Position numbers and translations under genes: made by a program. A stretch of DNA of 64,000 bases, taken from Cyanobacteria bacterium J06642_12 (lineage in GTDB: Bacteria; Cyanobacteriota; Cyanobacteriia; Thermostichales; PCC-7336). Position 1 is the stretch's first letter. Every line of letters begins with the position of its first letter. The notes under the pieces are model-generated. The model did not search any database, was not told the origin of the DNA, and saw only the letters and a program-made list of their open reading frames with translations. Shown here one piece after another: positions 32,927-41,625 of the stretch. The stretch spans positions 7,912 to 71,911 of the forward strand of contig JBCBVA010000004.1 in the NCBI GenBank assembly GCA_039817825.1, read 5' to 3'.

Positions 32927-34210
32927 ATGAGCAGTAGCAAACTCTCCATGTCATCTCTTGACTTACTGTCGGGGATGGTTGAGCGCGATGCGAGCACGGC
33001 GCATGGGTCTAGTTGTGGATGTCAGTCTTGCTGTTCTGGCAGCGCAGCTGCTTCAACCTCTCCTCGGTCGACATCTTCGAGTTCGGGCTCTCTGGGCAGC
33101 TTGTGGAAGCAGCCAGGCGGCAAAGGCACACCGTTGACGCTGACATACAGTTTGACCTCTGGGTTCCTAAACGGAATTAATGGGGTACCCAGGTGGCAAG
33201 TCAGAGCTGCTGTTGAAAAAGCGTTTTCAGTCTTTGCCAAGTATGTCCCCATACGGTTTGTGGAGACAGTCGATCGCGGCCCCAGCACTCAAGCTCTTTT
33301 GAAGCAGTTCCAGCCGGCGGGTAATGAAGCTAAACTGCGATTCCACCGCAGCAACATCGACGGAAATGGTGGAACGATCGCGGAGGCTTATTTCCCCGGA
33401 GAAGGGGATTCCATTGCGGGCGATATTTTCTTCGACAACGAACGATGGGACCCCGGACTATTTGTGGAGACAGTGTTGCACGAACTCGGGCATGCCCTGG
33501 GTATGAAGCATGTCAGCGGGGTGGATGCCATCCTGAATCCCGTATTGAAACGGCGATTTTCCCGTATTGGCAGTGCTGATTTGCTGTCGGATGATATTAA
33601 GACGATCCGGCGTGCCTACGGAACTGGAAAGGGGGCTGTCCAGCCATTGGGTAGCGAGCAGCCTGCATCTCCCCCCTCTTCGGGGGACAATCGGGCCACC
33701 ATTCGGGGCACCAAACGTGGCGATCGCCTGGTGGGCAGCAGTCGAAATCAAACAATCTACGGACGGGAAGGCAACGACACCCTATTGGGTGAGGCGGGAC
33801 GCGATAAGCTTTTCGGCGGTCAAGGGTCGGATGACCTTCGAGGGGGAGGCGGTCAGGACAGATTGGTCGGTACGTGGCTGGGTAAGGGTGAAAAAGATCG
33901 GTTGACGGGAGGCAAGCAGGCCGACTTGTTTGTACTGGGAACGCAGAAGAGAGCGCTGTATGACGATGCCAAATCCGGCACTTTGGGCACTAAGGACTAT
34001 GCGCTTGTGACCGACTTCCGGCGTTCGGACGGGGACACGATTCAACTGAGTGACAAGTTTGAATATCGCTTGGGGAGCGCGCCCAAGGGGGTGGCCAGCG
34101 GAAGAGCAATTTTTATCGATAACCCTGGGGGGGCAACGGATGAACTTGTGGGCGTTGTTCGTGGCTTAGGCAATCTCGGTTTGAATAGCAGCGCCTTCAT
34201 CTTTGTATAG
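32927..34210 (+). CDS. M10/matrixin-like zinc metalloprotease with RTX-like Ca-binding repeats
   Basis: HELGHALGMKH zinc motif and GGxGxD-type repeats. GGAGG SD upstream of ATG 32927. Confidence 0.85.
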   Translation: MSSSKLSMSSLDLLSGMVERDASTAHGSSCGCQSCCSGSAAASTSPRSTSSSSGSLGSLWKQPGGKGTPLTLTYSLTSGFLNGINGVPRWQVRAAVEKAFSVFAKYVPIRFVETVDRGPSTQALLKQFQPAGNEAKLRFHRSNIDGNGGTIAEAYFPGEGDSIAGDIFFDNERWDPGLFVETVLHELGHALGMKHVSGVDAILNPVLKRRFSRIGSADLLSDDIKTIRRAYGTGKGAVQPLGSEQPASPPSSGDNRATIRGTKRGDRLVGSSRNQTIYGREGNDTLLGEAGRDKLFGGQGSDDLRGGGGQDRLVGTWLGKGEKDRLTGGKQADLFVLGTQKRALYDDAKSGTLGTKDYALVTDFRRSDGDTIQLSDKFEYRLGSAPKGVASGRAIFIDNPGGATDELVGVVRGLGNLGLNSSAFIFV

Positions 34211-34357
34211 GTCGGGTAGCAGACTTAGAGGGGGGATCGCTGTCTGGGCAGATCGCGCTATCCCTGGCATCCGATGCCTAATGGCGACCTGAGTTCGGTA
34301 GCTCTCATCTCCAACCGTTCTCCCACATTGGGAAAAGAGAGCAAGAGTGCCTTCACT

Positions 34358-34465
34358 CAAATGCTGTCGTTGCGCTGTAGGCAATTCACCAACTTTAGTA
34401 GTTTCGTCGAACAAATGCTGTCGTTGCACTGTAGGCAATTCACCAACTTTAGTAGTTTCGTCGAA
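34358..34465. repeat. 54-bp direct tandem duplication
   Basis: Units 34358-34411 and 34412-34465 differ at a single base (GCGCT versus GCACT). Confidence 0.92.
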
Positions 34466-34647
34466 CTGACGTTAATGGCAGTGTCGATTATCATTCAATG
34501 CGAAAATCGCCATCCTGCAAGGGGAAGCGACCGGACAGTTCAAGTCATTGCAAGAGATTTGGTTCGGTGAGACAGACCCGGCCAATACTACGAGCTTGTC
34601 AGTCGCGTCATACGCGAACGATAATCCACTTAGCTCTCTAAACTAAA

Positions 34648-35211
34648 TTAGAGACCCTCCAGTGGAACGCTCAAGAAGCTGGCAATTTCAGCTGCCCGAT
34701 CTTCAATGGCAGACAGTGCTTCGGGCTGACCCACACGAGTTAGAGGGATGTCACCCTTCTTGCGAATTTGAACGTAGATCGCCCGTTTGGGATTGAGACC
34801 TTCTTTGATATCCACTCGCACGCTTTGAATGTTATCCAGTTTGTAAGTGAATTGGATAGTGCGATTCTTTCCAGGAAAACCGTTGCGCTTCACTGTAAAC
34901 TTGCCAGTTTTACGGTTGAACTCGTTGTAGCCGCCACCCACATCCCACGTCCAGGTCAGCCACTGGTACACAGCCGTGAGTAAACCAGCTACGCCATAGA
35001 AAGACATGGCCACCCCTTGAGGCACGAACGCCAAATTCAGACCGTTGGAAAACGGAAGCAGGTTAACCCCCATGTAGCTGGACAACCCTGCGAGCGAGAA
35101 CCCAACGCCACCAATGGTGCAGGCGATCGCCACCAACAGTGTCCCTAACCGGCGAGAACCGATGACCTCGTAGCGCAAGTATTGAGTCGGAGCTTGGGTG
35201 GCATCAGTCAT
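34648..35211 (-). CDS. ycf4: Photosystem I assembly protein Ycf4
   Basis: GSRR, FVPQGVAMSFYG, WDVGGGYNEFN, GFPGKNR, IPLTRVGQP. Confidence 0.96.
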   Translation of the reverse strand: MTDATQAPTQYLRYEVIGSRRLGTLLVAIACTIGGVGFSLAGLSSYMGVNLLPFSNGLNLAFVPQGVAMSFYGVAGLLTAVYQWLTWTWDVGGGYNEFNRKTGKFTVKRNGFPGKNRTIQFTYKLDNIQSVRVDIKEGLNPKRAIYVQIRKKGDIPLTRVGQPEALSAIEDRAAEIASFLSVPLEGL

Positions 35212-35705
35212 TGGTGTTACAAGCGGGATAAAAACAGAAATTTTTTCAAACTATCTCAGTCTAGTCCGACTTCTGCACGGGATTAGTGATGTTTTTAGGC
35301 GGGGTCGGGAGTTTTGAGTGTTGCCCCTGGTACAGCAGCCTCTCGAAGTCACGGCACGATCTCTGAATCCAGTCCTTTGTAACCGTCAGTTTGACTGAGT
35401 TATTTGGGCGGGACAGTAATTGCCTCGCAGCACAACGACACTACCAGAGTAAAAATGTCTTGCTCCTCTCTCACATCGTGGGATGCGGATGAGAGAAGCG
35501 AACTCAGATTGGTCGGAACGCAGACCCAGTCAAGTGTTGCAATTCTGTTTGACGACCCGGTGGATTGTCTGGCGATCGCCGGTTACGTGTGATGGACGCA
35601 TTCCGTATCGTCATCGTTAGTTGACACATTTGGCATAGGTGTAGCGCTCTATTCCCGGTTATTGCTTACATTGGGCTGAATACGGGTTTTCGAGGAGTTG
35701 AGGCA

Positions 35706-36632
35706 ATGAGCGTACTGACCCCGCAGGAGGTGATCGACAAGCTTCAGCAAGGACTGCCACTCGCCAAGCAAGAGTTGGCCCATATCGAGTTGCAGGGTCA
35801 GTGTTTGGATGGTGGAGATTTTTCGCAGTCTTATATGCGGGTATCCAATCTATCGAATGCCTCCTGCAAGCAAACCAATTTCACGGACACCCTGCTAATC
35901 CGAGCCTGGTTAGTGGAGACCATTCTTGAAGAGGCAACGTTAATTCGTGCTCAGTTGACTGCCGCCCGGCTGGAGCGGGCCAATTTACGCCACGCGATCG
36001 CCACTCAAACCCGTTTTTTAGGGGCTATTTTCGATGGTGCCGATGCCTCCCATGCAACGATGCAGCAGGCCAACTTGGAAGATTGCAGCGCTCGAAGGGC
36101 CATCTTCCAGGCCACCGACCTCGTAAAAGCCAACCTCAAAGCCTCCGACTGGACGGAGGCCGATTTGTCCAGTGCCAAGTTGGTACAGGCGGATCTGGAT
36201 GGGGCCAATCTCACCCGCGCCAAACTCGTGGGCACGCAATTGGACAAAAGCATTCTGAAACGTGCCCGGATTGCCCAAGCAAATTTGACATCTGCAGACG
36301 TTATTGGCGCGAATTTAACGGAAGCTTACTTGGCTGAAAGCGATGCGAGCCAGGCCCAATTCGATACCGCGATCGCCGATCGCGCCTACGCAAATGGTGT
36401 GAATTTCAGCGGAGCTTCGCTGTTTGGTAGCAGTTGGGAACGGGTGAATTTAGCTGGGGCCAACTTTACTGGGGCCAATCTCGGCGATGCCAATTTCGAA
36501 CAAGCCAACCTGCGGGGGGTAATATTCGACGGAGCAAATGTAGTTGGCGCCAGTTTGACGGATGCAGTTGGGTTGAGCGACGAGCAAAAAACTTGGCTAC
36601 ACAAAGAAGGAGCCTTGAACGTTCCAAAGTAA
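35706..36632 (+). CDS. Pentapeptide repeat protein
   Basis: Continuous A(N/D)LxxA repeats; GAGGAG SD upstream. Confidence 0.92.
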   Translation: MSVLTPQEVIDKLQQGLPLAKQELAHIELQGQCLDGGDFSQSYMRVSNLSNASCKQTNFTDTLLIRAWLVETILEEATLIRAQLTAARLERANLRHAIATQTRFLGAIFDGADASHATMQQANLEDCSARRAIFQATDLVKANLKASDWTEADLSSAKLVQADLDGANLTRAKLVGTQLDKSILKRARIAQANLTSADVIGANLTEAYLAESDASQAQFDTAIADRAYANGVNFSGASLFGSSWERVNLAGANFTGANLGDANFEQANLRGVIFDGANVVGASLTDAVGLSDEQKTWLHKEGALNVPK

Positions 36633-36692
36633 CGCGCTTGCGATCTCAATGAAATCGAAGGAATGGCAGCAGCTCTGTCCACACCAACCTAA

Positions 36693-37172
36693 TTAGGCCG
36701 ACAGCAGCCGTTCGAGAGCTTCGACCATTACGACATTGGGATGCTTTCCCACTAGCGTTTGCAGAACTTGGCGATCTCCCGTTCCGCATGGAGAGGATGA
36801 AACAAAGGCAAAATAGGGCACTCCAACCACCCGAAATTCACGCACTTGCTCCGCCCATTGAGGCTCGTCGATGTCGAGCATGACAAAATTAACTTGCTCT
36901 CCGTAGCGATCGTGCAACTCCGCCACTGTCGGAGCCATAGCGCGGCAAACACTGCACCAATCGGCATAAAACTCTATTAGCACTGGCTTGCTATCCGCTG
37001 CTGCCACACCGTAGGGAACCGAACTACTGGCCGCCTGTTTGAGTGCCGCAAATCCAGACAGTAGGGAACTGGCAAACGCAGAGGGTGGATTACTGAAAGC
37101 TAGTGAAAAACAACAGGCGATCGCCACCAATGCGACCACCAGTCGACGAGCAATAGATGGCAAGTAACTCAT
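36693..37172 (-). CDS. Exported thioredoxin, TxlA/HCF164(CcsX)-like
   Basis: N-terminal hydrophobic/signal segment, IEFYADWCSVCRAMAP, VNFVMLDID..W, GVP cis-Pro loop. Confidence 0.82.
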   Translation of the reverse strand: MSYLPSIARRLVVALVAIACCFSLAFSNPPSAFASSLLSGFAALKQAASSSVPYGVAAADSKPVLIEFYADWCSVCRAMAPTVAELHDRYGEQVNFVMLDIDEPQWAEQVREFRVVGVPYFAFVSSSPCGTGDRQVLQTLVGKHPNVVMVEALERLLSA

Positions 37173-37203
37173 GCAAACGTCAATTGAGGCTATGGGCAGC
37201 AAC

Positions 37204-37298
37204 TATAGCGGTCGCCATTTCAGTTGGGACAGAGGTTTTCAGGCACAATCAGGGGTGAACGTAGCTGAAATGTGCGCAATGGTGTAGCCATTGCCATA
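37204..37298. mobile_element. MITE-like dispersed repeat, copy 3
   Basis: TATAGCGGTCGCCATTTCAG...GCTGAAATGTGCGCAATGGTGTAGCCATTGCCATA, 95 bp. Confidence 0.82.
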
Positions 37299-37303
37299 AC
37301 ACT

Positions 37304-37894
37304 TTACTCATAGTAAAACGCTAAAAAGAGATGGAATCCCAGCATGACAGTGAACAGGCTGACTAAAACGATGTGAACTCCCAGCCATACAGACCGGAGC
37401 TGGCGAATCAGTTGGCCCTTTGGAATTGCTGAGAGACCGCCTACCGGAAGCAGCGAAACCTTACGCGCAGTCAAACCGACCAGTCGAGTTTCTACCGCAA
37501 CCCCCATCATGGCGATTAGGGACAAGACAAGAAAAACGACTAAAAATGCTTGGTTGAATACGCTACCCCCTGCGCCAAAGCTGTGGACTAGCGTTGCTCC
37601 AATAAACCCGACTCCCAAGAAAATATGTAAGCTACGCCAGAAAAAGATTGAACCGGGCAGCTTAATTTTCCAGCGACTTCCTCGCTTTCGCAGAGTCAAA
37701 ATCATTTCAATGGCAAAAAATCCCAGACAAACAAATCCCGTAATTTCTTTGTACAGTCCCCGTCGCAAAATTTGGTGGGTGTAAAACGCCGTATCTCGAA
37801 TCAGAGGGAGATAGGCATCGCTCAGGATGAATGGCACCACTAAAACGATTGAAATTACAGCCAATACTGAGAGCGTTGGGAACGTAGGTTTCAT
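37304..37894 (-). CDS. Integral membrane protein, putative di-heme cytochrome b (ferric-reductase-like TM module)
   Basis: About 5 hydrophobic helices and two H-X13-H pairs: HIFLGVGFIGATLVH and HIVLVSLFTVMLGFH. Confidence 0.7.
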   Translation of the reverse strand: MKPTFPTLSVLAVISIVLVVPFILSDAYLPLIRDTAFYTHQILRRGLYKEITGFVCLGFFAIEMILTLRKRGSRWKIKLPGSIFFWRSLHIFLGVGFIGATLVHSFGAGGSVFNQAFLVVFLVLSLIAMMGVAVETRLVGLTARKVSLLPVGGLSAIPKGQLIRQLRSVWLGVHIVLVSLFTVMLGFHLFLAFYYE

Positions 37895-38064
37895 GAGTCA
37901 GCCTGAAGCACGGTTTAGATCTGGGCTAGCGATCGACGGGATACAAAAATAGATGCCTTATACAACAGGTGTCTTAATGGGTTTGAGTGGCTAAATTGTT
38001 CGGCGAGCCACACAAAAAACGGTCAGTCGCTGTCAGTCGCTCAGGAATGAGATCGGTGTGGAGA

Positions 38065-38090
38065 CAGGCTCCGATCGCGATCGGAGCCTG
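38065..38090. terminator. Perfect 26-bp palindrome just after the DUF3365 gene
   Basis: CAGGCTCCGATCGCGATCGGAGCCTG is self-complementary. Confidence 0.55.
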
Positions 38091-38106
38091 CCCACAGGGA
38101 TGAGAC

Positions 38107-38784
38107 CTAAGCGTCACCCAACGGCAAGTTGATGACCACACCACCCATGACATCGTCTAGAGCAAACACTTTATCGGGATAGCGTTCTAGGTGAATCGGG
38201 TGAGTGTTGTGGCATGTGACGCAAGCTTCAGCCACCGCCTTATCGGGGTACATCGCTGTCATGTATCGCTGGCCAGCAATTTCTTGCTCGATCTTGACAG
38301 GCGCGCCAGTGTCTTCCATCTCCTTGATGGCGTCTTTCTCAAAATCAGTTTTGGGAGAATGCGCATCGTTGATATTCCAACTGGAGATCAAACCGATGGT
38401 GAAACCACCCGCCAGATCGTTTGCGGAGGTGACTTCGGACGCCAGACGGAACATTTGTGCGGGGAGAGGAATGCCATCCTCGTCTTCCCAAAATTCGGTG
38501 GAATGAGCGTCAACCACAGCCCCTTCACGCTCAACCGGCTCGCCTTCTAACAGCGTGACGCGGTTCACAACGTGCTTCACATAGGCGGTCCGTCCACCTA
38601 ATGCAGTTGCAGCAATGTAGTCAACAACTTTATCCGGGGCAATACCTGCAGGAGCGGATGCTTGGGGAGCACCACCACTGCAAGCCACAACCGTAAATGC
38701 GGCAGCGACAAGGAATGTGGAGACAGCCAAGGTACGGGGCTTGAATTTGCCCAGCCAGGCTCGGATTGTCGATAAGAGTTTCAT
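38107..38784 (-). CDS. DUF3365/Tll0287-like monoheme c lipoprotein
   Basis: Lipobox-like VVAC, PAQMFR, PKTDFEK, MYPDKAVAEACVTCHN (CXXCH), DVMGGVVI. Confidence 0.82.
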   Translation of the reverse strand: MKLLSTIRAWLGKFKPRTLAVSTFLVAAAFTVVACSGGAPQASAPAGIAPDKVVDYIAATALGGRTAYVKHVVNRVTLLEGEPVEREGAVVDAHSTEFWEDEDGIPLPAQMFRLASEVTSANDLAGGFTIGLISSWNINDAHSPKTDFEKDAIKEMEDTGAPVKIEQEIAGQRYMTAMYPDKAVAEACVTCHNTHPIHLERYPDKVFALDDVMGGVVINLPLGDA

Positions 38785-38861
38785 GAACAGAGGCCCTCAA
38801 ATGAGTACTAATTCAACGGGGGAGCGGCTAGCCGGTTAGGGCCAGCAAACTTGCGAGACGA

Positions 38862-39704
38862 CTAACGGTTATTCCTGCGATCGCGCTTTGCCCGAACCAT
38901 CGCAAGCGATTCGTGGTTGCGATCGGGCAGGCGAGCAAAATTCTCGGTAACCAAGTCGTCATCAAAAACTGCGTTGTAAGCAAATTCGAAACCGTGACAG
39001 TTCATACACACATCCGCCACCATGCGATCGCCCGGCTTCAGGGTGAAGGTGTTGTTATGGTTCACCCGTACCTCTCCGCTGATTGTCTGGCGAGGTAGAT
39101 GGCAGGTGGCGCAGGTCACTTCACCTGCACCGGGACGTGGCAGATTTTCATTGCCTGTCAGCAGTCCTGCATGCTTGGAGTTGACGTAATTTAGCGAGTG
39201 GTCGTCGCTATGGCAGGTGAGACAAGCATCTACCGATGCTGTATGCATATCTTGTGCGTGGACGTCATGGCAGGTGTTGCAGTTCATCTCGGTGCCGTGG
39301 GCATTCGGCTGCATCGGCAACAGAGCCATCTCAGGGGTTAAGGGGGACTGCCCCTCTAACGTGCGAATCCCGTGCTTGCCCAGTAGGAACGTCTCAGTGG
39401 AGAACTCGTGGCATTGGCGACAGCTTTCTTGGTCGGGGCTAGCCACAAATTCCCCCGTGTCTTCCACTTGGTGGCAGCTGGTGCAGTTCACCCCCTGCAG
39501 AGCGTGCGTGCTACCCGTCCACAGGTCTGTTGCTTCATCCACGGTCAGAGCACTTGCCGCTGCGGGCCAGACCACTAGGCTCAGCAGCAGAATCATCAAT
39601 GGAAGACAGGCCGCGAGCGCTCCTGCAAGGCCTGCCTCCTTCCTGCTTTTAGGAAGGGGCGACATACGTCTAGCCAATCGAATCGTTCGCATTAGTTCCC
39701 CCAC
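38862..39704 (-). CDS. Hexaheme cytochrome c
   Basis: Six CXXCH: CTSCH, CRQCH, CNTCH, CLTCH, CATCH, CMNCH. Signal-peptide-like segment ending PAAASA. Start may be downstream of 39704. Confidence 0.9.
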   Translation of the reverse strand: MGELMRTIRLARRMSPLPKSRKEAGLAGALAACLPLMILLLSLVVWPAAASALTVDEATDLWTGSTHALQGVNCTSCHQVEDTGEFVASPDQESCRQCHEFSTETFLLGKHGIRTLEGQSPLTPEMALLPMQPNAHGTEMNCNTCHDVHAQDMHTASVDACLTCHSDDHSLNYVNSKHAGLLTGNENLPRPGAGEVTCATCHLPRQTISGEVRVNHNNTFTLKPGDRMVADVCMNCHGFEFAYNAVFDDDLVTENFARLPDRNHESLAMVRAKRDRRNNR

Positions 39705-40312
39705 AGCTCGCGATTGAGGTCAGGGGAGGGAGTGGTTGCCACCTGAGGAACAATCTCCCGTTCCAGTCGCTTCGGCTCCGGCAGCCAATCCGGTTGATCC
39801 AAGTTCGCCCGTAAGAAGCCGGTGGATATCGAGCGGTGATCGTGGTAGTTGTGACAGCCTGCCGTCCAACATCCGTCAGGGGTAAAGCCGATGTGGCTGT
39901 CCAGGCGATCGGAGCTTTCGGCATCAATAATGTGGTCGTGGCAGCTCATGCACAGATCGGGAGGAATATTGACTCCACGAGCAAACATGGGCATGTGCTC
40001 TTCGTGGCAAGTGGTGCATGTGAGGACATCCAGCTCCTCCAAGTAAGTGGCCCAGCGGGGATCGCGAAACTTGCTCAACCCGTGAATATCCTCTGCCATT
40101 TCTGCTTCGTGACAGCGGTTACAGGTGTCGTTACTGACCTTCTGAAACCCCTGGTGACAGGACTGACAAGAGGCTTCAAATACTTGGTGTCCTGACGATG
40201 TGGCTCCGGGCAAAAAGGCGGTGCGTTGATCCAGCCCGAAGGCAAACACAATCGCACCGGCAGCGATCGCCAAGACCGCTATCCCTATCACTGCCGTTCT
40301 CAACTTCAACAT
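39692..40312 (-). CDS. Multiheme cytochrome c (4 CXXCH plus 1 CX4CH)
   Basis: CQSCH, CNRCH, CTTCH, CMSCH and CWTAGCH, with an N-terminal TM/signal helix. Confidence 0.9.
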   Translation of the reverse strand: MLKLRTAVIGIAVLAIAAGAIVFAFGLDQRTAFLPGATSSGHQVFEASCQSCHQGFQKVSNDTCNRCHEAEMAEDIHGLSKFRDPRWATYLEELDVLTCTTCHEEHMPMFARGVNIPPDLCMSCHDHIIDAESSDRLDSHIGFTPDGCWTAGCHNYHDHRSISTGFLRANLDQPDWLPEPKRLEREIVPQVATTPSPDLNRELWGN

Positions 40313-40497
40313 GCAAACTGCAAACCATCGACAACCTGCGAGCTACAAACCAACATGGCTTTGCTTGCAAATGGCTGTGGTGCTCTCGTCGCTTTCTGTA
40401 AGAACCGAGCGCTGTAAGGACCGGTTCTTCTCACCGCTGACCGGCGACCAACCAGCATCGGGCACGAGAGAAACAACACAGCTCAACACTGCGCCCA

Positions 40498-41034
40498 TTA
40501 CAGCAGGATCAATCCCAAAATCAGCAAGCCAATGGTGGCTCCTGCAACGGGCAATAACCCACCCCGATTGCCGTCATCAGGCGTCTCGGTCGTAGTCGCT
40601 TCGGGGGGGAGCGCAACCTCCTCAGAGGAGTAGTCGGCACCATCCAGCATCAGCTCGGTTACCGCACCGTACGCATCAACCCACGCTTGTTTCACATCAG
40701 GAGTCCAATCGTCCCCCAGGTACTGCTCGAAGGTTTGCAGCAGAGCGCCACCCACAATTGGGTAGTGAGCAGGAAGGGCACCGTACTGAACGTGGCGAGC
40801 CCCTAGACCACGCAAGGTCGAACCTAGGACATCCCCTTTACGCAGGTTCTCTACTACTAAAACCAGCGATGCCAACAGTTTCTTCTGTTGCTCTTTGATA
40901 TCGGTGTTGGCAAAGAGCGGCTTAGCTTCGGGAGCCGATTCAAATAGATTGCTGTAGAAAGACTCTGTGAAGGACGTGCCGTAGGGCTTAATTTTTTCGA
41001 AGCTACTTTCTAGCAACTCAACATTCAGAGACAT
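40498..41034 (-). CDS. Single-domain 3/3 globin with C-terminal membrane anchor
   Basis: FYSNLF (B10 Tyr), PLF (CD1), EQQKKL (E7 Gln), LGARHVQYG (F8 His), HYPIVG, WVDAY; then an acidic linker and hydrophobic tail. Confidence 0.92.
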   Translation of the reverse strand: MSLNVELLESSFEKIKPYGTSFTESFYSNLFESAPEAKPLFANTDIKEQQKKLLASLVLVVENLRKGDVLGSTLRGLGARHVQYGALPAHYPIVGGALLQTFEQYLGDDWTPDVKQAWVDAYGAVTELMLDGADYSSEEVALPPEATTTETPDDGNRGGLLPVAGATIGLLILGLILL

Positions 41035-41550
41035 GCCTTTGCATCCTTGTTAATTGTGAGGAGGTAGGAACCATCACAAGCAATTCGCGCTCGAAAAACC
41101 ACTTGCAGAACTCCGTACCAACAGCGTGCGTATTCCCTGGCTCAACCAAATCGGCTATCCAGTTGTCATACAAACGTAGCTCAAACCCAGCACTATATAC
41201 CCGGTGCATGAGGCGACTGAAAGCAGCCAACTATAAGGAATAAAGCACTGGAGAATTGAACTGAAGAGCTAAACATACACCCAGAAACTTTTCTTCTTCC
41301 AATGCGTACAGAAAAAGTGAACTTACGGGAATTTACTGCATTAAGTCTGCACGTTAGGTGGTAGATGAGTGCTAGATCGTAGCCAGCAATACTATTTTGC
41401 GATTAAATTCTCTAAAAATGCTCTTAGTGCATTTCACCTATTTGTTTAATGCATCGATCGGTTTGGAGCCTTAATGTGACGATCGGGATTGGTCCCTTGT
41501 TGCGATTTTTGCATTTCCTCTATGCAAAAAAATATGGAAACATCTAAGAG

Positions 41551-41568
41551 TTGTACTGGAGAGTACAA
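41551..41568. promoter_or_regulatory. NtcA-type palindrome in the divergent promoter region
   Basis: TTGTA-ctggagag-TACAA, ending 57 bp before the likely ATG at 41626. Confidence 0.55.
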
Positions 41569-41625
41569 ATTCCCCTAGGAGGGATTTGGTTATGTGGGCA
41601 TGCGATCGCACACAACTCTGTATAT

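Noticed and set aside
34358-34465. Possible mini-CRISPR array
   Set aside because: Units are directly adjacent with no spacers, are 54 bp long, and no cas genes are present.
38862-40312. Calling the cytochromes NrfA/NrfH or HAO, or a frameshifted single gene
   Set aside because: No CXXCK, sizes and heme counts do not fit, and the second ORF has its own signal-like segment.
41551-41625. ORF-track N-terminal extension of the ResB-like gene
   Set aside because: The TTG start coincides with the palindromic site; ATG 41626 sits closer to the first conserved TM segment.
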